Assembly: GCA_002381765.1 (NCBI GenBank)
Contig: DFXX01000037.1
Coordinates: 223-64,222 of the forward strand
Length of the DNA: 64,000 nt
Direction of reading: 5' to 3'
Origin: Bacteriovoracaceae bacterium UBA4097
Lineage (GTDB): Bacteria > Bdellovibrionota > Bacteriovoracia > Bacteriovoracales > Bacteriovoracaceae
Made by a program: the position numbers and the translations under genes. This document shows, in pieces, positions 17,237 to 29,359 of the stretch. The first letter of the stretch is position 1; each line of letters begins with the position of its first letter. Below the pieces are notes generated by a model that was not told where the DNA came from, ran no database searches, and saw only the letters and a list, made by a program, of their open reading frames with translations.

Positions 17237-18114
17237 AATCAAGTCTCTCATCCTTAGTCCATCCTGTAGAGGTTTCTCATTTCTTTAAGACGTTTAAAAA
17301 TAATGAACCCTTTGTGGTTCATCATGATAAAGATTCCCTAAAGGAATTATTTGATCTTCCTTTTCTTAATTCTCTAGAGACTTTAATTAACTCATGGCCT
17401 TTCCCCATCCAGGCCCATCTCCCAGATGTGCGGGATGAAGTGAGCTCAATTGATACTACTGCAAAGGATGCTCAAAAACTTTTTGATAACGGCATGGGAC
17501 TTCTTTTTAATGAGGCCCAAAGGATTTCTCCGGTTCTCATTCATTGGTTAGAAGATATGAGAAAGTCTCTAGGGTTATCTGCCATGACTTATGGACGAAG
17601 TCTTATTTATGCCACACCAGATGGAAAGGGGACGGCCCCTCATTTTGATCAGAATATTAACTTTGTACTTCAGATTCAGGGAATTAAAAAGTGGAAGCTC
17701 GCCCCCAATCATTCAGTACTAAATCCCATGACCAGACATACTTTGGGTCAAGAGGTGGATGCCGAGCTTATGAGCTATTTAGAAGCTCCGATGCCTAGCG
17801 AGATGCCCTGTGATGCCTTATCTATAGAGCTTCGCCCTGGATCCTTTCTGTTTGTTCCTCGCGGCCATTGGCACTCAACAGAAGCTGAAGGAGATGCTCT
17901 AGCACTTAATTTTACTTTTACAGCTCCCACTTGGATTGATCTCTTAAATGCTGCTATGAGAGCGCGTCTGGCACAAATCCCTGAGTGGCGGGAGACAGCT
18001 ATGGTGGGGAATGAGAAAAGATTTCAATATTTGTTAGCTGGTCTTGGAGAGGAGCTTCCTCATTGGCAAGCCGATGATATTCTCGAGATGATTGAGTCAG
18101 ATGATATGGCCTAA
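17233..18114 (+). CDS. JmjC/cupin-4 2OG-Fe(II) oxygenase (RoxA/YcfD-like)
   Basis: PHFDQNINFVLQIQGIKKW, LFVPRGHWH. Confidence 0.88.
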   Translation: MKSSLSSLVHPVEVSHFFKTFKNNEPFVVHHDKDSLKELFDLPFLNSLETLINSWPFPIQAHLPDVRDEVSSIDTTAKDAQKLFDNGMGLLFNEAQRISPVLIHWLEDMRKSLGLSAMTYGRSLIYATPDGKGTAPHFDQNINFVLQIQGIKKWKLAPNHSVLNPMTRHTLGQEVDAELMSYLEAPMPSEMPCDALSIELRPGSFLFVPRGHWHSTEAEGDALALNFTFTAPTWIDLLNAAMRARLAQIPEWRETAMVGNEKRFQYLLAGLGEELPHWQADDILEMIESDDMA

Positions 18115-18294
18115 TTTTCAAAAACTGTTTGCTAGCCTGTGGTTTGTGGTCTAAATATTAATAATACAGAATGTTAACCTTGCCTTTGGAGCTATCTTTG
18201 TTCTTTTGTTTTAGACCCTCACCACCTTAGCTCTTCCTGTTTATCCCACATACCTTTTCTTATTTTTTATTAAATTCCTCGCATTTGGAGTCTT

Positions 18295-19788
18295 ATGCTT
18301 TTTTCATCGACCAAACACGACTGGCTTGGGAATGTCAGGGGTGATTTACTTTCTGGTATTGTAGTTGCTCTTGCCCTTATTCCTGAGGCCATTGCCTTTT
18401 CAATTATTGCAGGAGTGGATCCTAAAGTTGGTCTTTATGCTTCGTTCTGTATTACCGCTGTCATCTCAATTATTGGTGGCCGTCCTGGTATGATTTCAGC
18501 TGCTACTGGTGCCATGGCCTTAGTTATGGTGACTTTAGTTAAAGAGCATGGTCTCCATTACCTTTTGGCGGCTTCTGTTCTTACAGGGATACTTCAAGTT
18601 TTGGCAGGCTACCTCAAGCTGGGAAGCCTCATGAGCTTTGTTTCTCAATCTGTGGTTACGGGATTTGTGAATGCCCTAGGTATCCTTATCTTTATGGCCC
18701 AGTTACCCGAGCTCACCAATGTTACTTGGCATGTATATGCCATGACGGCCTTTGGTTTGGGGATTATTTATTTATTTCCTTACATACCTAAATTAGGAAA
18801 GGTTATTCCCTCTCCCCTTATTTGTATTCTCGTTCTAACAGCAGTTTCTCTTTATTTAGGACTAGATATTCGAACAGTAGGTGATATGGGGAAACTTCCT
18901 GATTCACTGCCTTTCTTTCTTTGGCCTGATATTCCTCTTAACTTTGAAACCCTGAGAATTATCTTTCCATATTCTGCGGCCCTTGCGGTCGTGGGGTTAC
19001 TTGAATCTCTTATGACTGCCACTATCGTAGATGATCTTACAGATACTGGTAGTGATAAGAATAGAGAGTGTAAGGGACAAGGATTCGCGAATATGGTGGC
19101 AGGTCTATTTGGTGGGATGGCCGGTTGTGCCATGATTGGTCAATCCATTATTAATATTAAGTCGGGGGGCCGCGGAAGGCTTTCAACTTTATCAGCAGGT
19201 ATATTTCTTTTATTACTTGTCGTTTTCATGAGCGAATGGTTATCCCTGATTCCAATGGCCGCTTTAGTGGCCATCATGATCATGGTGTCCATCGGAACCT
19301 TTAGTTGGGCATCACTTAAAAAGGCAAAAAAGCTTCCACTTTCAACTAATATTGTTATGTTCTCCACTGTGGCCGTCGTTGTTTATACTCATAATCTTGC
19401 CTATGGTGTGTTTGTAGGAGTTCTACTGGCCTCCCTTTTCTTTGCCAATAAGATCAGTCACTTCATGTATATGAAAACTTCCCTGGATGAAGAGAAGAGT
19501 TCGCGCAGATATGAGCTACATGGGCAGATCTTTTTTAATTCGGCCAATCGTTTTATCGAAATGTTTAATTTTAAAGAGGTTGTCGATCACGTCATTATAG
19601 ATCTCACCCACGCACACTTCTGGGATATCTCTGCTGTTGCCGCTCTTGATAAGGTGGTGATTAAGTTCAGAAGGGAAGGATCTCAGGTAGAAATAATTGG
19701 ATTGAATGAAGCTAGTAAGACAATAGTCGATCGCTTTGGGGTCTATGATGATCCAGCGGAAATCGATAAAATTATGGGAGGTCACTAA
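18295..19788 (+). CDS. sulP: SulP-family inorganic anion transporter with STAS domain
   Basis: [35 protein letters not shown]-terminal STAS. Confidence 0.95.
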   Translation: MLFSSTKHDWLGNVRGDLLSGIVVALALIPEAIAFSIIAGVDPKVGLYASFCITAVISIIGGRPGMISAATGAMALVMVTLVKEHGLHYLLAASVLTGILQVLAGYLKLGSLMSFVSQSVVTGFVNALGILIFMAQLPELTNVTWHVYAMTAFGLGIIYLFPYIPKLGKVIPSPLICILVLTAVSLYLGLDIRTVGDMGKLPDSLPFFLWPDIPLNFETLRIIFPYSAALAVVGLLESLMTATIVDDLTDTGSDKNRECKGQGFANMVAGLFGGMAGCAMIGQSIINIKSGGRGRLSTLSAGIFLLLLVVFMSEWLSLIPMAALVAIMIMVSIGTFSWASLKKAKKLPLSTNIVMFSTVAVVVYTHNLAYGVFVGVLLASLFFANKISHFMYMKTSLDEEKSSRRYELHGQIFFNSANRFIEMFNFKEVVDHVIIDLTHAHFWDISAVAALDKVVIKFRREGSQVEIIGLNEASKTIVDRFGVYDDPAEIDKIMGGH

Positions 19789-20651
19789 TGGAAAATAATA
19801 AGTACGTAGTTGCTTGTATTAATGGAGTTCCGCCGAGTGAGGCAGTGTGTGACTACTCTTCTTGGCTTTCCCTTAAACTTAAAAAGAATCTCAAGCTGTT
19901 TCATACTCTTGATCACCAATCAACCGAAGGGGTCTCTGATCTATCCGGCAATATCGGAATTGATTCGAGGGATGAGCTTCTAGAGGAACTTGTTGCAGTT
20001 GAGCATGAGCAGAATAATCTTCTTCGCAAAAAGGCGAGAATTATTCTTGAAGCAGCCAAAAGAAGAGCAGAAAAGAATGCTGTGATTGATCCAAAGCTTT
20101 GTCTTAAAAACGGTCGACTTTTGGATAATGTTCTAGATTTTAAAAATGATATCGAAGCCCTGGTAATAGGTCGCTATGGGCTGAATCATCAGAAATCCCC
20201 TGAGAAATCAGTAGGCCATAAGGTAGAGGCAGTCATTCGTTCACTTGAAAAACCAATTCTTGTTGTTTCAAAGCCCTTTGAGGCCCCTTCAAGTCTTCTT
20301 CTTGCTTTTGACGGAAGTTCAGCTTCTGAGAAGGCCTTGAGTTATCTTCTTTCTCAAGAAGCCTTTAAAGACTTAGAGGTACATGTCGTTTATGTCGGAG
20401 AGAAAAGTGAAATTTCAGTTTCCTTTGTAAATGAAGCTCTTGCTAGGCTAAAAGCTTCTTCTTATAAGGCCCTGGGAGTGTACCTCACTGGTGATACAGA
20501 TAAAGAAATTCTGAATTATCTTCAGGATAATAATATCAGTATGACCGTTATGGGGGCGTTTGGGCATCATTGGTTGCGAAATCTTTTGATGGGAAGCTTT
20601 ACCTCGAAGATGCTGTCTTTAAGTGAAAAACCATTATTCTTGATTCGTTAA
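19788..20651 (+). CDS. Tandem universal stress protein
   Basis: Two Usp domains, LLAFDGS, VMGAFGH..LMGS; translationally coupled to sulP. Confidence 0.92.
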   Translation: MENNKYVVACINGVPPSEAVCDYSSWLSLKLKKNLKLFHTLDHQSTEGVSDLSGNIGIDSRDELLEELVAVEHEQNNLLRKKARIILEAAKRRAEKNAVIDPKLCLKNGRLLDNVLDFKNDIEALVIGRYGLNHQKSPEKSVGHKVEAVIRSLEKPILVVSKPFEAPSSLLLAFDGSSASEKALSYLLSQEAFKDLEVHVVYVGEKSEISVSFVNEALARLKASSYKALGVYLTGDTDKEILNYLQDNNISMTVMGAFGHHWLRNLLMGSFTSKMLSLSEKPLFLIR

Positions 20652-20656
20652 AAAAG

Positions 20657-20692
20657 AAGTTCTTTAGGTCACGATGGTGGCCTGAAGAACTT
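20657..20692 (+). terminator. Stem-loop terminator after usp
   Basis: AAGTTCTTTAGGTCAC-GATG-GTGGCCTGAAGAACTT. Confidence 0.65.
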
Positions 20693-20898
20693 ACGAGATC
20701 TGCATCATATTAACAATCTTCTCATCAATTCTTTAGACTTCCTTTAGGTAATCTTAGTAACTTTATCTCTCTGCAAAAATAATTACTTGAATAGCGTTAG
20801 ACGCTTGTCGTGAATGAAAAACTCCTATAGAAACCTCTCCTATCTTTTCATAGTCACTAATTTCATTTTTTAAATTTCCTTTAAGGAGAACTTACCTC

Positions 20899-23800
20899 GT
20901 GAAAACTCAACCTACTAAGGCCAAGAGCAGCAAGTTACCTCTTATCAAATCTCCTGAGATTAAAAAACAACCCACCTCATCCAGAAAAAGAACCGTTGCA
21001 GTAAAGTCTTCTGCTGTTCCAGTGCTTTCTGAAAAAGAACAACTAAGGCAAGTTCTACATATGGTTAAGGCGATTAGAAACGGAGACTTCTCTGTGAAGC
21101 TTCCGGTTGAGGGCGAAGGTATCATTGCTGATATTTCTGAAGTCTTAAACGACATCAATGAACTCAATAGCTCCATGGCCCAAGAGCTTGTTCGAGTAGG
21201 ACATATTGTTGGTAAAGAAGGAAAGATGAATGATCGCGTGTCCATTGGTGCTGTCAAAGGCTCATGGGCAACAAACGTCGAATCTATCAATAGCTTGATC
21301 GTAGATCTGGTTCAGCCAACCACGGAAGCTGCTCGAGTAATTACAGCAGTGGCCAAGGGTGATCTCTCTCAGAAGATGACCATGGATATAGATGGTACTC
21401 CACTTAAAGGTGAGTTTGCTCGAATTGGTATGACAGTGAATATCATGGTGGATCAGCTAAACTCATTTGCTTCCGAGGTTACTCGTGTGGCAAAGGAAGT
21501 GGGTACAGAAGGAAAGCTTGGTGGTCAGGCCAATGTAAAGGGAGTATCCGGAACTTGGAAGGATCTAACCGATAATGTGAATAGCCTTGCGGGTAACTTG
21601 ACTGCTCAGGTTCGAAACATCGCTAAAGTGACAACGGCGGTGGCAAAGGGAGATCTTTCTCAGAAGATCACCGTTGATGCCAGAGGGGAGATTTACGAAC
21701 TTAAAACCACTATCAACGTAATGGTGGATCAGCTCTCATCTTTTGCGGCCGAGGTGACTCGTGTGGCGAAGGAAGTGGGAACGGAAGGACGTCTGGGTGG
21801 TCAGGCCGATGTGAAAGGGGTCTCTGGTACCTGGAAGGATCTTACCGATAACGTGAATGGTCTAGCGAACAATCTAACCGCACAGGTGCGAAACATCGCT
21901 AAGGTGACTACCGCTGTGGCCAACGGAGATTTGTCTCAGAAGATTACGGTGGACGCCAAGGGCGAGATTTATGAACTTAAAAACACCATTAACGTCATGG
22001 TGGATCACTTGAACTCATTTGCGGCCGAGGTGACTCGTGTGGCGAAAGAAGTGGGTACAGAAGGAAAACTCGGTGGTCAGGCCGACGTGAAAGGGGTCTC
22101 GGGAACCTGGAAGGATCTTGACCGATAATGTGAATGGTCTAGCGAGACAATCTAACCGCTCAGGTGCGAAACATCGCCAAGGTTACAACGGCGGTTGCTA
22201 ACGGAGATTTGTCTCAGAAAATTACGGTGGATGCTAAAGGCGAGATTTATGAACTTAAAAACACCATCAACGTGATGGTGGATCAGCTTAACTCCTTTGC
22301 GGCAGAGGTGACTCGTGTGGCGAAGGAAGTGGGTACAGAAGGTAAGCTTGGTGGTCAGGCCGATGTGAAAGGTGTTTCGGGTACCTGGAAAAATCTAACA
22401 GATAACGTGAATGGTCTGGCCCGAAATCTAACGGATCAGGTGAGAAACATTGCTTACGTGACCACAGCGGTGGCGAAGGGAGATCTTTCTCAGAAGATTA
22501 CGGTGGATGCGAAGGGAGAGATTCAGGAACTAAAAGATACCATCAACGTGATGGTGGATCAGCTTAACTCCTTTGCGGCCGAGGTTTCTCGTGTGGCAAA
22601 AGAAGTGGGTACAGAAGGTAAGCTTGGTGGTCAGGCGGATGTGAAAGGGGTCTCAGGAACCTGGAAGGATCTGACCGATAACGTGAATGGTCTGGCGAAT
22701 AATCTAACCGCACAGGTGCGAAACATTGCCAAGGTGACAACAGCGGTGGCCCAGGGAGATTTGTCCCAGAAGATTACCGTGGATGCTAAGGGAGAGATTT
22801 ACGAACTTAAAAATACCATCAACGTGATGGTGGATCAGCTTAACTCATTTGCCTCCGAGGTGACTCGTGTGGCGAAGGAAGTGGGTACGGAAGGAAAGCT
22901 TGGTGGACAGGCCGATGTACGAGGGGTGTCTGGTACCTGGAAAGATCTAACGGATAATGTGAATGGTCTAGCGAGAAACCTCACGGATCAGGTGCGAAAC
23001 ATCGCTAAGGTGACTACTGCTGTTGCCCGAGGAGATTTGTCTCAGAAGATTACCGTTGATGCTAAAGGCGAGATTCTGGAACTCAAGAGTACCATCAACG
23101 TGATGGTGGACCAGCTTAACTCCTTTGCGGCCGAGGTGACTCGTGTGGCTAAGGAAGTGGGTACAGAAGGAAAGCTTGGTGGTCAGGCCAATGTGCGTGG
23201 GGTATCCGGAACCTGGAAAGATCTGACAGATAATGTGAATGGTCTGGCCTCAAACCTAACAGTTCAGCTTCGAGACGTGTCCAAGGTTGCGACAGCGATT
23301 GCAAACGGAGATTTGTCCCAGAAGATTACAGTGGACGTGAAGGGAGAGATTCTTCAGATTAAGCACGTGATTAACAAGATGGTGGATCAGCTCTCCTCAT
23401 TTGCTTCCGAGGTGACTCGTGTGGCGAAGGAAGTGGGTACGGAAGGAAAGCTTGGTGGTCAGGCAGATGTTATCGGGGTCTCTGGAACATGGAAGGATTT
23501 GACCGATAACGTGAACGTTATGGCCTCAAACCTTACCACCCAGGTGCGAGGGATCGTTAAAGTAGTGACCGCGGTTGCTAACGGAGATCTTAATCAGAAG
23601 TTCGTTCTTGAGGCCAAAGGGGAGGTGGCGGCCCTTGCTGAAACTATTAACAATATGACAGACACACTCCGAACCTTCGCCGATCAGGTGACTACCGTTG
23701 CTCGCGAGGTGGGGATCGAAGGGAAACTAGGAGCTCAGGCCAATGTGCCGGGGGTTGCAGGAACCTGGAAAGATTTGACCGATAATGTGAACGTCATGGC

Positions 23801-26075
23801 CTCTAACCTCACGACTCAGGTGCGAGGGATTGTTAAGGTTGTGACCGCGGTTGCTAACGGAGACCTTAACCAGAAGTTCTTCATTGAGGCCAAGGGGGAA
23901 GTAGCAGCTCTGGCGGAAACCATTAACTCCATGACAGGAACTCTCAGAACCTTTGCGGCCCAGGTTACGACCACTGCCCGTGAGGTGGGAATTGAAGGAA
24001 AGCTTGGTGGTCAGGCGAAAGTGCCGGGTGCATCTGGAACCTGGAAAGATTTGACCGATAACGTGAACCAGCTCGCTGGAAACCTCACGACTCAGATTCG
24101 AGCGATTGCGGAAGTTTCCACTGCGGTGACAAAAGGGGATCTTACTCAGAGTATTACCGTCGATGCTCAAGGGGAGATGGCCGCACTAAAAGATAATATT
24201 AACCAGATGATTGGAAATCTTAAAGAGACGACTGAGCAGAACACTAAGCAAGACTGGTTAAAAACTAACCTCGCAAAATTTGCCAGTATGATGCAGGGGC
24301 AGAGAAGTATCTTCTCTGTGGCCCAGATGATTATGTCAGAACTTACCCCTCTGATGGATGCCCATCAGGGAACATTCTTTATCATGGATAATGAAAAAGA
24401 AGTGCCAGTACTCTCTCTTATTGCCAGTTATGCTTATACCGAAAGAAAGAATTTTAATAACAGATACAAGCTTGGCGAGAGCTTAGTTGGTCAATGTGCT
24501 TTTGAGAAAAAACGCATCCTGATTCGAAATGCTCCTACTGAATATATTTCAATCTCATCAAGCTTAGGGGAGTCACGCCCGGTAAATATCATCGTACTTC
24601 CGGTTCTCTTTGAAGGAGAACTCAAGGCCGTGATCGAGATCGCAAGTCTTCATGAGTTTACAGAAAACGACTTAAACTTCCTTGATCAGCTTATGTCATC
24701 TCTTGGTGTGGTATTAAACATGATTGCCTCCACCATGAGAACGGAAGAACTTCTAATGGAACTTAAGAAATCCAATGCTGAACTGGAAGCTCAGGCCAAG
24801 GAGCTTGAAGATAAGGCGATGCTACTGGAAATTAAAAACCAGGAAGTGGAGCTTGCCTCTCACTCTGTTGAGGAGAAGGCCGAGCAGCTCTCTCTTATTT
24901 CTAAGTATAAGTCTGAATTTCTGGCAAATATGTCCCATGAACTTAGAACTCCACTGAATAGCTTACTGATTCTTTCAAAAATGCTCTCCGAGAATAATGA
25001 TAAAAATATGACTCCTGAGCAGATCAAGTTTGCCAGTACTATTTATTCATCAGGGTGCGATCTTCTGGCCCTCATTAATGAAATTCTGGATCTCTCTAAA
25101 GTTGAGGCAGGGAAAATGCCGATTATTCCTCGAGAGGTTAAGATTCCAGAAATTTGTGAATACCTGGATCAAACATTCAGACCGGTGGCCAATCATAAAG
25201 GTCTGGGTTTTACCATTGAAAATGATCCTGCCATTCTTGGTACACCAATCTTTACTGACATCACCCGAGTTCAGCAGATTTTAAAAAATCTTCTTTCTAA
25301 TGCCTTTAAATTTACCGAGGAAGGAAAAGTCACCATGCGAATCCTTCGCGAGACTTATAAAGGTGAGAAGTTCATAGTCTTTAATGTAACCGATACTGGT
25401 ATTGGTATTCCTAAAGAGAAGCAAACATTCATCTTTGAAGCCTTTCACCAAGCTGATGGAACGACTAACAGAAAATATGGTGGTACGGGTCTAGGTCTCA
25501 CAATTAGCCGACAGATCGCTCGACTACTGGGAGGAAGCATCCGTGTGGAGAGTGCTCCCGGTTTAGGAAGTACCTTTACTCTTTATCTTCCTATGAAATA
25601 TGAAGGTCAGGAAAGCATAGATGAAGCACTTACTGTCAAGGAGCCACCAAAGCTCAAGCTTCCCAAGAATGCTGATTTTAATGAAAGAAAAGTCCTGGTT
25701 GTTGATGATGATATGAGAAATATTTTTGCCATTACGGTGGTACTTGAAAGACAAGGAATGGAAGTGATCTATGCCGAAAATGGAAAACTTGGCCTAGACA
25801 AACTCAGAGAGAATCCTGATGTTGATATTGTCTTAATGGATGTCATGATGCCAGAGATGGGCGGAATTGAGGCCACTCATGAGATCAGAAAGATGAAAGA
25901 GTTCAGTTCACTTCCTATTATTAATCTCACGGCCAAGGCCATGAAAGGGGATAGGGAGAAGTGCATTGAAGCTGGGGCGAGTGATTATATTACTAAACCA
26001 GTTGATTCAGAGAACTTACTTGCGGTTATGCATAAGTGGCTTATAAGTAATACAAAAGCAGGCCTTAAGTCATGA
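20899..26075 (+). CDS. Poly-HAMP hybrid histidine kinase (HAMP array-GAF-HisKA-HATPase-REC), split by two +1 insertions near 22117-22148
   Basis: ORFs 20899-22128 and 22164-26075 are one repeat array; [24 protein letters not shown] with DVMMP; offset of +2 matches two single-base insertions. Confidence 0.9.
21240..24210 (+). repeat. Tandem ~276-bp (92-aa) poly-HAMP coding repeats
   Basis: Ten copies of G(V/A)(S/A)GTWK(D/N)LTDNVN plus one degenerate first unit; high DNA identity. Confidence 0.95.
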
Positions 26076-28084
26076 AAGTTAATATCCTCGTCGTTGATGA
26101 CAGAGCAGAAGGACTTATGGCAGTGGAGGCGGTACTAAAGTCTCCTAGTTATAATCTTGTCCTTGCTAAATCTGGAATGGAGGCCTTGAAGTTTCTTCTC
26201 AAAGATGAGTTTGCTGTTATTCTTATGGATGTTCAAATGCCAGAGATGAATGGATTTGAGACTGCTGAGATTATTAAGACGAGAGATAAATCAAAAGACA
26301 TTCCTATCATCTTCATGTCTGCAATCAGTCAGGACGAGCAATATGTTTATCAGGGTTATAAGGCAGGTGCGATTGATTATATCATGAAGCCTTTTGATCC
26401 CTATATTCTGAAATCCAAGGTTGCCATTTTTGTGGATCTTTATCAGAAGAACATCAAGCTTTTAGAACAGGCACATCTGCTTCACGAAATTGAAATCAAG
26501 ACCTATACCCAGGCATTGGATAGATTGGAACTAGAAAGTCTCAGGAAATACCGCTATCTTGCGGATTCGATTCCTCAGATAGTTTTCAGATTCTTACCAA
26601 ATGGTGTTCATGAATACTTTAATAAAGTCTGGTTTCAGTATACTGGTTTTTCCTTAGAAATGAGCCAGGGACATGGATGGCAAGAGGCCATACACCCAGA
26701 CGATCTTTCATCCATCTATGCCACTCTAAAAAAACATCCGAGTGAAGAAATTGAAGTTGAGTGCCGGATAAAATCACAAAAAGGTGAGTATCGTTGGCAC
26801 CTAGTACAGTTTGGACCGGAAAAGTATAATGATCAAGAAGAGGTCGTTACCTGGTTTGGAACTGCTACGGATATTGAAGAGCGGAAAAGAAATGAAGGGT
26901 TTCAACGTTTGCTGGTTAATGCAGGAGAAGTCTTGGTCTCTTCCCTTAACTATAAATTAACCTTTGAGAAGGTAGCCGATCTTGCCACTCAAGAAATTGC
27001 AGATTGCTGTAGGATTGAAGTTTTGAATGAAAAAGGCAAGCTAGAAACAGTAGCACTTAAACAAGACACTCCTGAAAATTTTCCTGACTTCGGATCTATG
27101 ACAATCATTGAATCTGGAAAGTCGCTGCTTAAACCATATCTAAGTCATGAGGAACTGGGTGAATGCTCATTGATGGTTGTGCCCTTAACCATTCATGCCA
27201 GAACTCTGGGATCTTTGACTTTATTATATAAGCAGTCCCGCCACAAATATGATGAAGGGCACTTAAAAACTGCGGAAGAACTTGGTCGCAGGGTCGCCAT
27301 GGCGCTTGAGAACTCTGTCCTTTATGACCTCTCCCAGAAAGCAGTCGAAGTAAGAAATGATTTCCTTTCAATTGCCTCTCATGAACTTAATACGCCTATG
27401 ACTTCCTTGAAACTTCAGCTGCAAATGGTTCAAAGGATTCTAGATTCAAAAGATTCAAATGCGATGAATCGATTTCCAGTGTCTATTGGAAATTCTCTTC
27501 GACAAGTAGATCGGATGATCGGTCTCATCAATGTACTTTTGGATGTTTCTAAGATTCAGTCAGGTAAGTTTCACTTTGCTTTTGGGAAAACTACCGTCTC
27601 TGAAATTGTTCAGGAAGTGTTAGAAAGAAATAAAGAAGTCTTCACTTTATCTGGGTGTGAATTGTATGTAAGCAATATTCCCGATATGCTGGTGATATGG
27701 GATAAAATGAGAGTTGAGCAAGTTATTGTGAACCTACTCATGAATGCCGTTAAGTATGCTCCCGGTAGAATAGAACTCAATGTTTTTGAAGGTGAAGAGA
27801 CGGTTGACATAGAAGTAAGAGATTATGGAAAAGGAATTGATAAAGAAAAGATCCGAAATATCTTTGATCGTTTTACTAGGGCCACCTGTGACTCTATTGC
27901 CGGAATGGGATTAGGACTATATATCGTTAAACAAATAGTGGATGGGCATGAAGGAGTGATTAAGGTAAATAGCTCTGATCAAGGTAGCTCATTTGTCATC
28001 TCACTTCCTAAAGGAGATCAGCTCAGAAAGGCGAATCCCTTGACTGCTCTGAAAGAGATGGAGACTTTCAATGAAAGAGACTAA
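26072..28084 (+). CDS. REC-PAS-GAF-histidine kinase
   Basis: ILVVDD...MDVQMP, PAS (WQEAIHPDD), [21 protein letters not shown]. Confidence 0.93.
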   Translation: MKVNILVVDDRAEGLMAVEAVLKSPSYNLVLAKSGMEALKFLLKDEFAVILMDVQMPEMNGFETAEIIKTRDKSKDIPIIFMSAISQDEQYVYQGYKAGAIDYIMKPFDPYILKSKVAIFVDLYQKNIKLLEQAHLLHEIEIKTYTQALDRLELESLRKYRYLADSIPQIVFRFLPNGVHEYFNKVWFQYTGFSLEMSQGHGWQEAIHPDDLSSIYATLKKHPSEEIEVECRIKSQKGEYRWHLVQFGPEKYNDQEEVVTWFGTATDIEERKRNEGFQRLLVNAGEVLVSSLNYKLTFEKVADLATQEIADCCRIEVLNEKGKLETVALKQDTPENFPDFGSMTIIESGKSLLKPYLSHEELGECSLMVVPLTIHARTLGSLTLLYKQSRHKYDEGHLKTAEELGRRVAMALENSVLYDLSQKAVEVRNDFLSIASHELNTPMTSLKLQLQMVQRILDSKDSNAMNRFPVSIGNSLRQVDRMIGLINVLLDVSKIQSGKFHFAFGKTTVSEIVQEVLERNKEVFTLSGCELYVSNIPDMLVIWDKMRVEQVIVNLLMNAVKYAPGRIELNVFEGEETVDIEVRDYGKGIDKEKIRNIFDRFTRATCDSIAGMGLGLYIVKQIVDGHEGVIKVNSSDQGSSFVISLPKGDQLRKANPLTALKEMETFNERD

Positions 28085-28216
28085 TCAGTAAGTTACCTAA
28101 ATTGTTAGCGTAATTATATTCTATCTGGCCGAGCTTCTTCAGAAACAAGTAATAATTTGTCATTTTAAAGACTGGAGATTGCTAGAGTTGCACCAATTAC
28201 GCTAATTTTCATAATT

Positions 28217-29359
28217 ATGAAAACTTCCCTACTTAGGTTCTCATTTATTTTCTCTTTTCTCTTTATTTTGAGCTGCACAAGTAATCCCCTTAAATTTCCC
28301 GTTTATCATATGTTGGCCTTTGAGGTTAGCGATCCTCCTACTATTGGGAAGAGAACTGATGGAAGAGATATTAAGCTGGGTGGATTTTCTGGTTTAATTT
28401 ATGAAGGCTTTAATAAGAGTTCAGGGGAAGAAGTCTTTCTTACTCTGACTGATCGAGGTCCAAATGGACCGACACCTAAGAAGGAGGGGATGGCCCCTTC
28501 CATGACCTTTCTTCTTCCTGACTATCAACTGAGGTGGGTGCGACTGGGGTTAACTCGAAAGACCAAGGTCCTTCGAGTTATAGAGGAAATCAAACTTACT
28601 TACAAGGGTGAGCCTTTAAAGGGGATACCAAATCAGGCTCCTGAGGATGAATTGCCTTTAGATGCTTTTGGTAAAAAACTGGCACTAATTCCTTTCGGGT
28701 TAGATCCAGAATCTATAGTTAAAGACGATGACGGGCATTATTGGGTTGGTGAAGAATATCGACCCTCTCTTAATAAGTTTAACTCAAAAGGTGAGCTGCT
28801 TGCTCGTTTTGTTCCCTACGGAACTTCTTCTTCCTTGGGAACTCCGGTGCTTCCTGCCCGATACTCCCAAAGAAGATTAAATCGAGGTTTTGAGGCAATT
28901 GCTTTTACTCGAGGTAAAATTTACGCCTTTTTGCAAAGTCCTCTGGCCTCAGATCCAAAAGCTTCGAGAGTCATTCGTATTTTAGAGTTTGATCCCAAAC
29001 ATAATAGGCCAACAGGTGAGTTCATCTATCTTCTTGATGATGGCATAAGCGATAGAAAAATTGGGGATGCCATTGCCACTAGAGACGGTGAAATTTTAGT
29101 CATTGAGCAGACTTCACGAAAAGGAGAGGGGGCCATTAAGAAGATTTATAAGATCCAGTTTGCTCCCGGGGAAGAGCAAGTTAAAAAAACTTTGGTTATA
29201 GATCTGCTAGAGAGTGGATATGATTTTGTAGAGAAAGCAGAGGGCCTCTCTCTTATTGATCCTGAAACGATTGCTGTGCTAAGTGATAATGACTTTGGTC
29301 TTTTTGGTGAAGATCATAGTTATCTGGTTCTTTTTCCTCTTAGTGAGGAATTAAAATGA
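28217..29359 (+). CDS. Esterase-like activity of phytase family lipoprotein
   Basis: Lipobox ILSC, GGFSGL, LTDRGPN, DPESI, EEYRP, NRGFE, SDNDFG. Confidence 0.9.
   Translation: MKTSLLRFSFIFSFLFILSCTSNPLKFPVYHMLAFEVSDPPTIGKRTDGRDIKLGGFSGLIYEGFNKSSGEEVFLTLTDRGPNGPTPKKEGMAPSMTFLLPDYQLRWVRLGLTRKTKVLRVIEEIKLTYKGEPLKGIPNQAPEDELPLDAFGKKLALIPFGLDPESIVKDDDGHYWVGEEYRPSLNKFNSKGELLARFVPYGTSSSLGTPVLPARYSQRRLNRGFEAIAFTRGKIYAFLQSPLASDPKASRVIRILEFDPKHNRPTGEFIYLLDDGISDRKIGDAIATRDGEILVIEQTSRKGEGAIKKIYKIQFAPGEEQVKKTLVIDLLESGYDFVEKAEGLSLIDPETIAVLSDNDFGLFGEDHSYLVLFPLSEELK

Noticed and set aside
22118-22164. Programmed ribosomal frameshift
   Set aside because: No slippery heptamer or stimulatory structure; two separate insertions explain the offset
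21240-24210. Long direct repeats as CRISPR or mobile repeats
   Set aside because: 276-bp in-frame coding units with synonymous variation; no spacers
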